Counted from the first letter of the stretch, positions 12,801 through 25,274 are shown. The stretch: 64,000 bases of DNA from Camelus dromedarius (GCF_036321535.1 NC_087436.1:75704001-75768000); one strand, 5' to 3'. Notes: generated from the letters alone by a model not told the origin. Made by a program: numbers and translations.

Positions 12801-13160
12801 GTTCCTGGATGCTACACCACTGCTCAGACTGAGTAAAACATCCGTGGTGCTGTCAACCTGATTTCTTGACTCTCACATGATTTTTGTATTTCCAATGCCA
12901 ATTTGTGTGTTATGAATTTCTGATTTCTCCAATAGCACATGTCACTATATAAATTTGTATTAATTAATGACAGTCTGGTTGTGTTTTTTGGCTATGTCCA
13001 TCTCATTAGATTCTTTTTCTCATTAACATGAGACAGTACCATGGAGATGGCAAAATCCTTCCAAAATTTGAGACAAAGTTTTTTTGGAGAAAACCTCTTT
13101 GAAGGGGTTAATCTGAGACACTCACTAACTGTGCTAAGATCAAGATGAAGAATAAATTAC
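9807..13160 (+). other. FRAS1: FRAS1 3' UTR (end uncertain)
   Basis: Largely repeat-free sequence after the stop codon. AATAAA at 10834, 11571 and 13151. TATAAA at 12948 is followed by a GT-rich tract at about 12977-12991. Confidence 0.55.
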
Positions 13161-15179
13161 CTATGCCCAAATTATCATAGTTCTTCTTTTGCAGTCCATT
13201 GAAACCCTAGGACAAAGAGGAATAATTAAAATCTCTGTGTGTAATACAGTAAGATGATTATTTTCACTATATTGATTATCACACCTTCTCAGGACACTTG
13301 ATACAGTGTGAACATGGCTGCATCCTTTTATGCAGATGCAAGGATTTCTTAAGTGTCCATAACTCACCCTGGAGATAACCAAAGCTCCAAATAAGAATTT
13401 ATTGGCTTGTGAAGGAAAAATGGCAGAGTCGGAATGAAACTGAGCCCAGACATTCTGCAAGCCTGGGCATTTGTATGCCTGTCCCCTCTGGGAAACAAGT
13501 GACGGTGACCAGTGGGGCTCTTTTGGCACCTTTTGATGGCACATTTGCAAACTCAGCAAGACATGGGAAAGTCTGTTTTCATGAATCCAGGGAAAAGATG
13601 CCACAACCAAGTCTGGAATTTCCTTACATGCTTTCATAGGCTTCCTGTAAATGTTACATCCTCATAATTTCCTATGATTGTCCTTTGCCTAACAGCCGGC
13701 TCTAAGCCCTGGAGAGCGTTTCTCTTGGGCCCATGGAGAAGCTGTATCAGGAACCAATCTATGAATTGAACTGGCTATAAAAATGTTTCTGAGACCTGAA
13801 ATTTCATGGCCATAAAATTTAGGAAACCTGAGGGTAAGTGGCAGAAAATGAGTTCTCATGTAGATTTTGCAATGTCTGACAGACTAGGGTTTTGAGGAAA
13901 CAGAATGAGAGTAGGTTGGGGAGACGGTTGAGAATATCTTACTAGATTCAACCCCCTGAAATTGCTAATTTTGTAAGTTAAAAGTAGTCCAATATCATTA
14001 GTTTACACCTCTCAACCTAATACTAAGATGCCATGTGTGGTAAAGGTTCTATCTCAAGCCTGAGAGAACTCCAGCCAGGCACCCTTTCAAGGGCGTACTG
14101 AGAGTAGCTAGTGGCCCAGGTAACATTCTAGGAACAATATCAGTACCATGTTGGGCACATCTGCCAACTCAGAGCAATGACTCCTTCACCTTCTCTGCCT
14201 CTTTCAGTCCTGGTAACAACCCCATGAAATAGTCATCAGTCACTGTCCTGGATAATTTTCATTGAAAATTCCATATGAATTTCTTTTAAAGCTCCATATG
14301 AATCCCAGAATTTTAAGTCTTTGCACAAATTGGTGTTGCTTAAAAATGGTCCAAAGTTCCTATAACTCAGATCTAATGTTTGTCACGAAACATTCAGTCA
14401 CTGGCTTGATAAAACCAAATAGACCCAAGCTGCAACTCTCTCTCAAAAAACTAGCAGTATTTTATCCCCACGCTCATTCTGGTTTAAGGCTACCAAGCTC
14501 CAAGACCAGTAAGTTATAAAAAGTTATTAAAATCCTAGACTTTGGGAGAGTTTTATAAGTTTAAAAAAAAAAAAAAAGTTTCACAATCTCTGCCTTCAAC
14601 ATTCCCACTAAAGGCCTATTTCCGAAATAAATCAATGCTCCACACTAGTAACTCACAAAAGCCCCTGTGCTGTTTGTCTCCACACCAAGTCTCTGCTCCA
14701 GGAAACGGCCTCTCCAAGGCTGCCTTGCCCCTTGGCTTCTGGCTGAGATTGGCAGGATCCCAAGACACTGAGGGGAGAGAAGCTGAGGTGTGTCTCTGCC
14801 TCCCCACTGCCTTGCTGTGGTTCTGGTGCTGCCTGCATCCCTCCCGGGCCACAGGTCCTGTCTTTGAAGGCTCTGGTCACACGGTCCCTCCTTCGCCCAT
14901 GCAGACCTAGAGGTCACAATGCTTTCATCCTGTCCCTAGTCCTCAGGGCTTCATCCCACTTGTGGATTCCTTTAACTTAATCCTGCCCACACTTCCGTGA
15001 ACTGTCCCTTTTTTAAGCCCTTTATCAAACCTTTTAAATACGCTGTTTCTCTTCTGCCAGAACCCTTACGCAGTCCTTAAATTCATTGCCTTCAGTTACA
15101 GTTTCCTAATAAAAGCCACAAGTAGTTAATCACTTGAACTCAATCATGTCTTAATTTTAAATTTGCCCATTATTATAAT

Positions 15180-15573
15180 CAGTGACATGCTGATAAATGT
15201 TTCACAACCAGCTTTTGGAGTCCAGGAAGGCCTGATTCGAAGCATTTGCTGGCTTTTATGTTGAATGTACCCTACCATAGCTGAATTTAACCTACCAACA
15301 TAATTTCACTGAACGTGAAGATAGGAAGAGATACACAGGAATGGAAGTTCATATAGCATTTCTTCCACACAGATAAAATAGACGTAAATAAGCTCAAGAG
15401 CATCAATAATAGTAAAAGGTAGTAAATAAATTAGAAAGCTTGAGTACCTTTGTTTTTAACATATTCAGTTGTGTTTATTTAATATAATTTTTAATAATGG
15501 CTGTGTTTGCTTGCAAAACTCCTAAAAATTTAGCAATTGGCTCTCTCATGCCAGCCCGGCTGAGCACACCACC
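15180..15573 (-). mobile_element. hAT DNA transposon, MER63-like
   Basis: Termini cagtgacatgctgataaatgttt and ggctgagcacaccacca resemble CAGTGGTGTGCTGG inverted repeats. Confidence 0.65.
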
Positions 15574-15667
15574 ATAAGAGCAAACATACTCCACAACCAC
15601 TTGGTCAACTGAATCTGCATTTTTTAGTTTTGCCCTCACATTTTACCATATTTTTAAAACATACTAT

Positions 15668-15778
15668 GGTGGTGGATATAGCTCAGTGGTAGAGTGCGTG
15701 CTTAGCATGCACCAGGTCCTAGGTTCAATCCCCAGTACCTCCATAAAAAAAAAATATATATATATATATATATAAAAA
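15668..15778 (+). mobile_element. tRNA-Ala(AGC)-derived SINE, Vic-1-like, with A/(AT)n tail
   Basis: GGTGGATATAGCTCAGTGGTAGAGTGCGTGCTTAGCATGCACCAGGTCCTAGGTTCAATCCCCAGTACCTCCA followed by an A/AT tail. A box at 15679-15689, B box at 15722-15731. Stems are mismatched, so it is not a functional tRNA. Confidence 0.85.
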
Positions 15779-16847
15779 CACACACATATATATAAACAAC
15801 TTCTAAAGGGAGTTAAGCATATTTTCACTTTGCTGTACATCAGAACTTAACACAAAATTGTAAATCAACTATACCTCAACTTTAAAAATTTTTTTAAATT
15901 AAAATGTATCTCAATAATTTCTCTCTAAAATCTTATATTTGGCTCTCAGATTCTTCCGTTTAGCAGAGAAAAAAGGTGATACAGGAAAATTAGCTTCTTA
16001 TAAAACTAAAGTAGTTCTGTGTATTCAGAATGGTGAAAGTTTCATCAAGTAATCTTTTCTGGATTTTTTTTTCTGGATTACTATAAACCTGGTTTCTGGG
16101 ATCCTAACATTTATCATTATCATAATTTTATCATCTAACATTTACTTCTGAGAAGATTTATCCTTTGAGGGAAAATATTAATTTTATAATTATGCTATAG
16201 CGTGATTTTAGCCTAAAAGGTGGTAACTGGGCAGTTGTTACAACTAGAAAAACTCAAAAAAAAAAAAAAAAAAAAGGTTAGAGAGCGTTTTATTTTAGAG
16301 TTGCCATCCTGAAACCAAGGAGATTCAACCCTGAACCTGGAACAATTGATATAAATCTTACACGTAAACACCACCTGTTACTCACTTCCTTCTGGCTATA
16401 AATTCAGCTCTGTCTTTTCCTGGTTGTGTGGGACACAACTTGTGGACGTTGCTGAATCCCTCTGAGCCTGTCCTGGTATTTGAAAAAGAGAAGTGATCAC
16501 GCCTAATTTAAGCTGGTCTGTAAATGTGAAGTAAGACCATGCATGCCGAGTGCATTACTCAGAGTCTCGCATAAATAATAGGTTCTTAATACATACCCAG
16601 TTGCCCCCATGCTAATCTCAGAACTTTCCAGAATGAGATGGGACTTCATAGTTTATCGTGATGGTCTCTGAATGGGAGTCAGGAATTATAGTACAGAACA
16701 CCCTATCTTCTGTCTTGGCAGAAAGCTCATCACTTTAGATTTTGAAATCTGGTGAGCTCCCGGTACACTGGCTTTACAAGCAAGCCCGCCTCTCTCCTTC
16801 CTCCATTGTAGCTTTTCTTCTATTTAAGGAAGAATGTCCTTTGAAAC

Positions 16848-16981
16848 CAGTGGTTCTCATACTTTAGGGTGCATCAGAATTACCCAGACAGCTTATTAAA
16901 CAGGAGGTCTACAGTAGGGTCTGAGAGAATTTGCATTTCCAGTAGGTTCCCAGGTTCTGGGACCCAGCTTTGAGGACTATG
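16848..16981. mobile_element. MER5A-like hAT MITE
   Basis: cagtggttctca...gcatcagaattaccc...gaatttgcatttc...ctttgaggactatg. Confidence 0.75.
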
Positions 16982-18539
16982 CTCTTGCCTCTTGGGCTTG
17001 TAAACAGCAGTCCACTTTGGTGACTTTCCTCTGAGTCAAAACAGCACCTGGATTGGTTACAAAAACATCATGGATTATCCTGCTGAAAGACTAGGGGAAA
17101 AAATGCATTCTGACAGTTAAGTTACTGAAAGTAGATGAACCAAATCAAAATTTACAAACCTCTAAACGACGATTCATGAGTCCTAATCTTTTTCTTCCAG
17201 TTAATATTTTCACAAAAGCTTTTCTCAGGATATCAGCAGTGGAAGTAGCACAACTTTACGCCATCATTGAGAAATAGGGGGGCTCACTAATTTAAAAATT
17301 TTTAAACAAGTGATGATTCATTCAAGTGATAATGTTCAAAGCCTTCAAACTGCATTGCCTCCTTCTTTGACTGTCCCAGTCTCCTTGGTGTGACTTTTCT
17401 CCTAAAGCTGCAATGTTTCAAGTCATTTTCCCAGAATCTAACATTACACACAAAAACTACAAAGCATCACAGATTACTGACTTCAGTTTTGCATGAGTTT
17501 GTCTTAACTCCATTTAGATTTTAAACTCATTGATATCCAAACTGTCTTCTTATTTCTGTTTAATGTTCCATAACACTTAACACAGTACCCTACAGCTAGC
17601 GTGCAGTCCATAAATATTTACTGATACATTTTGATTGAAGTAAATCCACACCTCTGCTTTGATCAAAAAGCAATCAAGTAATTGAGAAGAGGGAAAAACA
17701 AAATACAGAACTGTAAATAGTACGCTGCATTTTGTGCATGTGAACCAGCAGACTGTCTCTTCTGTTCAAAGATTTACTTTCAGAAATAGAAGGGACCCAC
17801 TCGACACGTGCACCCATTTAGTCTATATGTCTTCCCTGTCTACTGAGCTGACGGGGGCCATGAATAATGTCAGTTTCAACTGGTAGAAAATACATATATA
17901 ACTATAGAGCTTTTGAACTTAAAAGAAGAATGGTTTCACCTAGATTGCTGGCCAGTTCTTTCTCTCCCCACCCCCTCCCCATTCCTCAGGGGCCCCTTGG
18001 GTCAATCTTTTGGCATTATATGTAGATTTATAAGCAGTACATTGTAGCCATGTGTTTTGGAGCCAAGTTGCCTGGTTTGAATCTCAACTACATGATTTAC
18101 TGGCTGTGTGAACTTGAGCCAGGGTCTCACTCAGGCTGTCCAATTTATGCAACTCTTAAAAATAATACAAAATAGGACTTACCTCATCTGGTTGGGGTGA
18201 AAACTAAATAAGAGGATGTGTGCAAACTATTAAGAATAGTAGGTGCTTAAAAAATGATAGTTAAATTATTGATGATTCTGTAGTTCCAAGCACCAAAATA
18301 ATATTTTGGTTTATTGGTTGAGTTTTTTTCTTCCCAAGGAAATTCTTATGTCCAGTCTAAATCTCTCCTGGGATCTTGAGACCTTCAACATTTCTGCCTG
18401 TCCTCAGGCCTGAATATTGGATGTGGGGGCTTCTCTAGTTGCCCCTGTTCCATTTGACAGAGCTTGGCCATGTTGTGAGCTCCCAACCCCTCCCCAACAC
18501 CTCTCCGTTGGCTGCTAAAATAGGTAAGTTTATTGCTCA

Positions 18540-18880
18540 GAACTATCCCTTCCCTGCCTCATCCACCACGGACAGAGTACACTTTCCTCTCCTTTGCCTC
18601 TGGGCTCAGTCTTGTTACCTGCTTTGGCCAATAGGATGCTGGCAGCCATGATGCAAGCAAAGGCTTGAGAGGTGCTTGTGTAGTTGGCTGTACTTGTACG
18701 CTGACATTGCCAGGAGAAGAGCTTCCTCCAGGTGGTCATTGCCCCTTCAGATTGGACCAGAATGGACATGTGAAACAGAGCCACCTCAGCCAAGCTGGAA
18801 GAATAAATGATTCGTTTTAAGCCCCTGTGTTTGAGGGTAGTTTGTTATACAGCATTATGGTGGCAGTAGCTAACCCATAC
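18540..18880 (+). mobile_element. MLT1 (MaLR) LTR remnant
   Basis: 3' end aataaatgattcgttttaagcc...gtttgttatacagcattat..gtagctaacccatac. Confidence 0.7.
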
Positions 18881-19059
18881 TTTTGTCCAACCTTCTGAAA
18901 ATTTTCAGCGTATAGCCCCATTTAAAAACTAATCATTGAAGTAACCTAATCTGCATGATTATTCACATCTTCTCCTAGTAACCAATCACTCCCTAAGCCA
19001 CTCATTCAAATGTTTTCCCTCTTCTTTGCCTTATTTTATTTTCAGATTGTAATGTCACT

Positions 19060-19620
19060 GACACACACCTGTGAACAAGAAGTTATATATAATAATGTTC
19101 ACCACAACATTATTCAAAGTAGCAAATATTGAAATGATGTAATACCCATCAGCAGGAGTAAACCATGATAGAACCATAAATGGAATACTCTACAGCAGTT
19201 AAAAGGAATGAACAATGGTAGCTATCAGAGCAGCTAGCATTGACCACGAAGAGCCAGTGGCAGAACATGCATCATGATACCATTTATTTAAAGTTTAAAA
19301 ATCTGCTAAACAGAATCATATAATTTGATGGCTATATCAATATTTTTGAAACAAGTAAAAACAACATACATGAGAATAATAATACCATATCAACTTTGGA
19401 GAAAGAGTGAGGGAAGTGGATCAGAAAGGGCACAAAAGGAACATCAGCTGTACCAATATAATTTTTTAAATGTCTTGAAAACATTCTGAAAGAATATAGT
19501 CTAATGTTTAAGATATGATAATGCTGGGTGGTAAATACATAGGTATAAATATTATAACATAATCATTTATTCTAGGTATCTTTAAAATACTTTACAATTA
19601 AAATTTTTAATAGCAAAGTT
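19060..19620 (+). mobile_element. Ancient L1 (L1ME-like) 3' fragment
   Basis: aatgttcaccacaacattattc; tggaatactctacagcagttaaaaggaatgaac. Confidence 0.65.
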
Positions 19621-19656
19621 TTTAAGGAGAGACTGTGGGAGTTATTATAACTTGGT

Positions 19657-19757
19657 TGCTATGATCTGAATGTTTGTGTGCCCCCAGAATTAATCCGTTG
19701 AAATCCTAATCCCTAGAGCAATAGTACTTGGAGGGAGGTCTTTGGGAGGTGATTAGG
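19657..19757 (+). mobile_element. MST/MLT1A-type LTR 5' fragment just upstream of the ANXA3 promoter
   Basis: tgctatgatctgaatgtttgtgtgcccccagaatt..gttgaaatcctaatccc..tttgggaggtgattagg. Confidence 0.7.
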
Positions 19758-19879
19758 CTGCAGTAAGTTTGAAGAAAAACTTCATATGTGAAGGAGAAGT
19801 GAAAATCGAGGAAATGGGATGAGGACGATGGGAGACGAGGCGGGAAAGTTCAGACCCCAGAGTCCGCAGAGGCGAAGGG

Positions 19880-20420
19880 CTGAGGGCGCGCGTGTGCAGG
19901 ACTGGATTCCCAGCGGCCGCAGGGCGCGGCTTCCCCTTTCCGGTCCTCCCCGGGGGCGATCAGGTGGAGCCGGGAGGCCGGAGGAGGGGCGGGAGGAAGG
20001 GGTGCGGTCCGGGTCAAGGGCGGGCGGGAGCGAGCGCGGAGCAGCAGCGGCCGGACCGCACACTCTCGCTGGCCGCTCTTCCGCCCGCGGGTTCCCGAGG
20101 CCTCGCTCCAGGTAAGTTCAGCCTCCCCTCGCGTCGCCCCGAGCCTCGCCGGCCGCGCCTGCTGCCCCGCCGCTTGGAGCTATCGGCGCGCTTCGGCTGG
20201 TTCCCCAACAAGCGCAGCGGAGCCCTGGGCCAGCAGCGGGCTGGTTTCCACCTCGCACACCCACCCGCCTGGGGCTTGGACTCCACGACCCGCTTTTCAG
20301 AATCCAGGAAGCTGAGGCCCAGGGGAGCAGAAGTGCCTGCCCTGGAGGGGTCACCCAGTTCTGGTCAGGGAGGGGCGCAAGCTGACAGCCAGCTGTTCCC
20401 GGCGCCCTAGACCCCTGGCT
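19880..20420 (+). promoter_or_regulatory. ANXA3: CpG-island promoter of ANXA3 with GC boxes; no obvious TATA box
   Basis: Sharp rise in GC and CpG density. GGGCGG boxes at about 19987-19992 and 20018-20027. Lies 2.7 kb upstream of the ATG-containing exon. Confidence 0.88.
20060..20111 (+). other. ANXA3: ANXA3 non-coding exon 1 (start approximate)
   Basis: Consensus donor CAG|gtaagt at 20111/20112 inside the CpG island. Annexin genes typically have an untranslated first exon. The transcription start cannot be determined from sequence. Confidence 0.75.
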
Positions 20421-21454
20421 TTTCCTCACAGCTAGCCGCGCAGGGGTCCAGTTGGCTATCTTTGCCTCCCCAACCCTCAGGGTCTTGGGAACATAGAAAG
20501 AGAGGGGAGTCGGGATGGTCTTCCGTCCCCAGAGCCTTAGGAGGGGCTGGCTCCAAGCACCATTCTGAGCACTTGGAACCCCACCCATCCTTGTGAGCAC
20601 GTCCTCTTCTTCGCGGAGGCCGTTTATTTTTATTTCGTCTAATTCTTTTAGGAGGTAGAAGAAAGGTGTATTTAGATACTGGGCATTGGGAGAAGTCGGC
20701 GTTTCCTTGAAAGGACTCACCTTTTTCTTTGATTGCAAGAGTCTGATTCACTGGGCATGAATCATTCCCCTCGCATTTGAGTCAGCAGATAGTTGATCTG
20801 AGTACTTGATAGCAAGTGACCACATATAGGAAACTGGTTTTCACAGGATCTAGAAGGTTCTGGGTCGCAGTAGGCCCCTCTGGCTGCTGATAAGAAGGTA
20901 CGCCGCCCGGGCTAAGTCTTTTTCCAAGGATTTGTGTTCTGCGCAGATAGCTAGACTCTGCCCTCTGGGCGGAGACTTATTAAAAATCAACATCATGAAG
21001 ATTGTAACTCATAAAAGCATTATTCTGTGAAGATACTGCCATTGGCTTTCATGAAGGCAGAAAACTTAAGACTGACGAAAAAGGGAACTCAAAGATGTAA
21101 AGAAAACCAGAACTTTGTTCTCAGAACCGTGTGGTTGTGTAGAGACACCTGCTGAAATAATGGGAACAAGGAGGAAGTAAAGGAAATGATGCAAGCACTC
21201 TATAATCTCTTTACAAACAGGATGCTTAAAGTTCTGTTGTTAGGCCATTTGGCCTCCACTTGAGAGTAATTCTTCTCTTCTTAAAACTTAAATCAGTAAT
21301 AAATACTCGTAATTTACAAATTATACTGGATCCATACGTAGCATCAGCTTTGACATTGTATAGGCCGGGTACTTGGGTCAGGCAGAAGCTTGGGGGTTAA
21401 ATACATTTCTTCGGAGTGTGACTTACTCGGTTCAGTAGGGGTGGCACAGAGATA

Positions 21455-21643
21455 CAGCTGGCCCTCCGTAGCCCCGGGTTTCGCGCCAAACTGCGACTGG
21501 TAGAATCCGCATGCAGAGCCCGCGGGTACAGGGAACCGACTGTACCGCGCCATTTCACGTGAGGGACTTGCGCATGCGCGGAATTTGGGCTCTGCGGGCT
21601 AGAGGGGAGGGACTTGGAACTGCGGATACCTTTGGACCAACTG
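21455..21643 (-). mobile_element. MER8-like Tigger MITE with TA target duplication
   Basis: TA|cagctggccctccgta ... gcggatacctttggaccaactg|TA, i.e. inverted termini flanked by TA. An internal terminus-like ccgactgtac is present. Confidence 0.75.
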
Positions 21644-22892
21644 TACCTCTCTGTGCCCCAGCTGCTTCGTATACAAAGTGGAGGTGTTATTAGTGATACA
21701 CAGCTCCCCTAGATTGTTGTGAGGCTTTTATTAAATCATTCATTAATTTAATAAGCATTTTTTAGTACTTTCTATGCCCCAGTGAACAAGCATGACAAAA
21801 ATCTCTAGCCTTTCAGAATTGACCTTAAAGTGTTTTTTTAAAAAATATTTTTTCGTATTACCTGCAACATAGTAATAAGTCAAAACTTTAGCCGATATTA
21901 TTATACATGTTATTTCATTTAATGCCAGCAACAGCTCTCCTCTCCCCTTTTTACAGATGAGGAAACTGAGGCTCAAATAATTGTGTCTAGCTTTAAAAGG
22001 CAAAACCAGAACTAATGTTATGATAATGACACAGTATTCACTGTATATGTAGGGGAATGTAGTGTTAGACCCTGTAACTAGAGAGCCGACTACCCTCCCC
22101 TACAGAGAGTCTGAGAAAATTAAGGCTAAATATTTTCAGAGACTAATAGTGTCATTTCCTTTTGAACTTTGCTCTGGGACGAACACTGAATTTTTAGAAT
22201 ATTTTGTTCCCAGGAAGGGAAGGAGCAACTTTTATTTCTAAGTCAACCCTGGAGATTTGCCAGCATGTTTAAATAATGTTTACATATGGAAAGTGTGTCT
22301 GAGTTCTCAGTCAGGGCTCCATCAAAGGATTGCCCTTTTTCACCTATAGGCTCCATGGAGGACTGGACCTTCCTTAAAGAGCACGCATGCCTATTTATAA
22401 CAGGCTGTAGACTTGGAGCCTTGTAAAATGTAAACAGAGATTTCACAAACACAAGGAATGAAACTGAAAAAAAAAAAAAAACTGAATACAGGGACAGGTT
22501 TTTGTGGTTGTTCCCTATGACAGTAGTTAAAAGAAATCAACAATCAATGTAGTTCTGGATTTTAAATGAGTCAAAAATTAGCTTTCCAGGAAACCTTTGC
22601 AAACCTCTTTAAGTACAGAAATTTATTTTTTCTATCTTATTTTGGGCCTTTCACAGGTCTAGCACGGTCCGTTGTAGACAGTAGGTGCTCAGTAAATGTT
22701 TGTTTACCAGATGGAGATACATCCTCTTCCTGAGATGGTTTCTCTTTGAATCTTGACTTCTGTCTACTGGCTTAGAGATTAAAGGTTAGCCTGAGATTAT
22801 GGTGTTCTGAATCTCAGATTTATACCATTCAGTACTTCTATTTTCCTTTAATAGGCTAGTGTGATCTCAACTCAAGACAAAGGTGGGATAGC

Positions 22893-22907
22893 ATGGCATC
22901 TATCTGG
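22893..22907 (+). CDS. ANXA3: ANXA3 exon 2 coding part, MASIW (whole exon 22855-22907)
   Basis: Acceptor ttttcctttaatag| at 22854. Strong Kozak context agcATGG. ATG GCA TCT ATC TGG|gtaagt. Confidence 0.93.
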
Positions 22908-23089
22908 GTAAGTAAAAACTAAGCCTTCATAACACAGTAAGTTATCTGAGTCAAATCAAAATACAAAAAGTCAAAATATTAAGAAGAAACTTTGAAAGTT
23001 GATAAAAGGGTCATGTGAAGAAATTAACATGCCCACTGGAGGATGTCTAAAAATAAGAACATATTAAATGTATTAATAAAAATACATAG

Positions 23090-24280
23090 TTAAAATAATT
23101 TGTACTGACACCAAAGCATAGGGGTCAATAACAGAATAAATTGAGTATGTGATTTGGGAATTTATTATATGAAAAAGATAACATTTCATATCAAAGAGGA
23201 GACAGTGACATATTCAATAAATGATGTTAGGAAAACTTCTAGCCATTTGGGGGAAAAAGTAAATTTGTATTCCTTCTCCTTTCTTACATTGAACTAAAAT
23301 TACAGATGGAGAAAATACTGAAATGAAAGAGTTAAAATATGGGTGAATTTAAAAAATAATCTTGGAGTAGGGAAGGCAGGTACAACCATGATACATACCA
23401 AGAGCCTAAAAGAAAAATATCGATCTATTTAACTATATACAAATTTATAATTCATGATGGCAAACAATACTGATGACCCATAGGGGAAAAATATTTGCAG
23501 CACATTTGACAAAAGACTCATTTCTTTAGCATAAAAATAACAAATAAATCAATGAGAAAAATGAACTCAGTATGGAAAAGTTTATAAGGGACATGACTAG
23601 GATATGAAAAGAATGATAAATGTCCAAGAAACATGAGAAGTAAAGAAATGTAAATAACACAATGAGAATCCATTTCTACCTAAGTATTGGTAAAGGTGAA
23701 AAAATTGTAAGGAGACCAGTGTTACAGAAGATGTGGACAAAGCAGGCATGCTCACACCTGTTTGTGGGAGAGTCAGCGTGGCAGTCTTCAGGATGGCATT
23801 TTGGCAATACCTATCGGTGTTTAAACACACACCCCCTGTAACCCAGTGATTCCACTTCTGGGTATTTATCAAATAGGTATACTTGCGTAAGGTTGAAACA
23901 ATATAGGCCTTAGGACATTCATTTGTGTTAATGAAAATGTACACATAGCATAAATAGCCATCCATGGGGTATGAAATTACTCAGTTGTAACTTACAGCCA
24001 TTTTATATCATCATTTTAAAAAAAGGAAAGAATGGATCAGCTCTCTATATATCGATATAAAAAATGCCCAAAGATATATTAATCAAAAAAAATCAAGTTT
24101 CAGAATAGTATGTACATTGTGATTCCGTTTAAAAGAAAGAAAAAAGAAAAGGAAAAATATATACACAAAGACGGTATTACATGAAAATTTTCTGGAAAGA
24201 GGGAACTGTGAGCAGGAGCACTTTTATTTTCAATGCATCACCTTCTGTGCTCTGATTTTTTTATACTGATGAAAAGATAT
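23090..24280 (+). mobile_element. Degenerate L1 ORF2 / 3' UTR fragment
   Basis: ttcaataaatgatgttaggaaaac..agccatttgg; cccagtgattccacttctgggtatttatc. Confidence 0.7.
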
Positions 24281-24744
24281 TATATTTCATAAGTGAGGGG
24301 CAGAGAGCCTTAAAGAGTAACTCACATGGAGATGTGAGCAGCCCTTGGCATGTGTGGTGACAGTGGGAGATGTGCTGCTATGATGCTTTGCTTGGTCCCA
24401 AATTATTCCTTGTCACTGGCCAGTGGGCTGACACGCCCTTTCCAGGTCTGAAGTTCCTACTACTGTCTTGGATATCTAGTAGAGTCAGATGAAAAAAATG
24501 CAACTCTTCAAAATGCTGGCGTTTAAAAAAAAAAAAAAAGAGTTTCCTTCTTGCCTTCGTCCATTAGTAAGTCGACATCCAGTGAGTTGGTCAAGCTCTC
24601 CAGGGACACCTTCAAAGTCACGGCACATTTCTGAAGAGCCAGGAGAGCCAGGAGAGTGTGAGAGTGTGTGTTCATTTCCTGCTGCCTCCATGAGCAATTC
24701 CCACAGACCTAGCAGCTGAAGACAACACCCATGTAGTATCTCCA

Positions 24745-25274
24745 CACAGTTCTATGTGTTAGAGCCCAAGTGCTTCTCATGGCACTAAGATCAAGGAGTT
24801 GGCAGGGCTATGGTCCTTTCTAGAGACTTTGGGAGGAATCCACCTCTGAGCTTGTTTTGGTTATTGGCAAAATTGAGTTCCTTTCAGTTGTGAGACTGGG
24901 TCCCTTGCTGGCTGTCGGCAGGGTTGTCCTTATCTCCTCAAGACCTCTGCCAGTCCTTGTACATGGCTCCTGACATCTCAGAACAGCGATGGTGCCTGGA
25001 ATCCTTCTCGAACTTGCAGCTTCTACAGCTCACCCTCCTGGGGCATCTCTCCTCCACATTCCTCTACTTTCTCCAGCTGGAGATAGTTTGCTACTGTTAT
25101 ATCTCACATGATTAGTTTGAGCCCACCCATCCAGGACAATGTCCTTGTTTTAAGGTTTGGGACCTTTAGTTACATCTGCAAAGTCCCTTTAGTCATATAA
25201 CATAACACATTCATGGGGGTCCAAGGGTCATGGTGTGGGCATTGTAGTTGGGAGCCATGGTTCTGCCCACCACA
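24745..25274 (-). mobile_element. MLT1 LTR remnant
   Basis: aagatcaaggagttggcagggct...ttacatctgcaaagtcccttt...ttctgcccaccaca. Confidence 0.72.

Noticed and set aside
15672..15743. Functional tRNA-Ala gene
   Set aside because: Mismatches in three stems, and an A-rich tail instead of a T-run terminator, indicate a SINE.
19782..20751. Overlapping 90-206 aa ORFs on both strands
   Set aside because: Stop-poor GC-rich CpG island giving low-complexity R/G/P/A translations.
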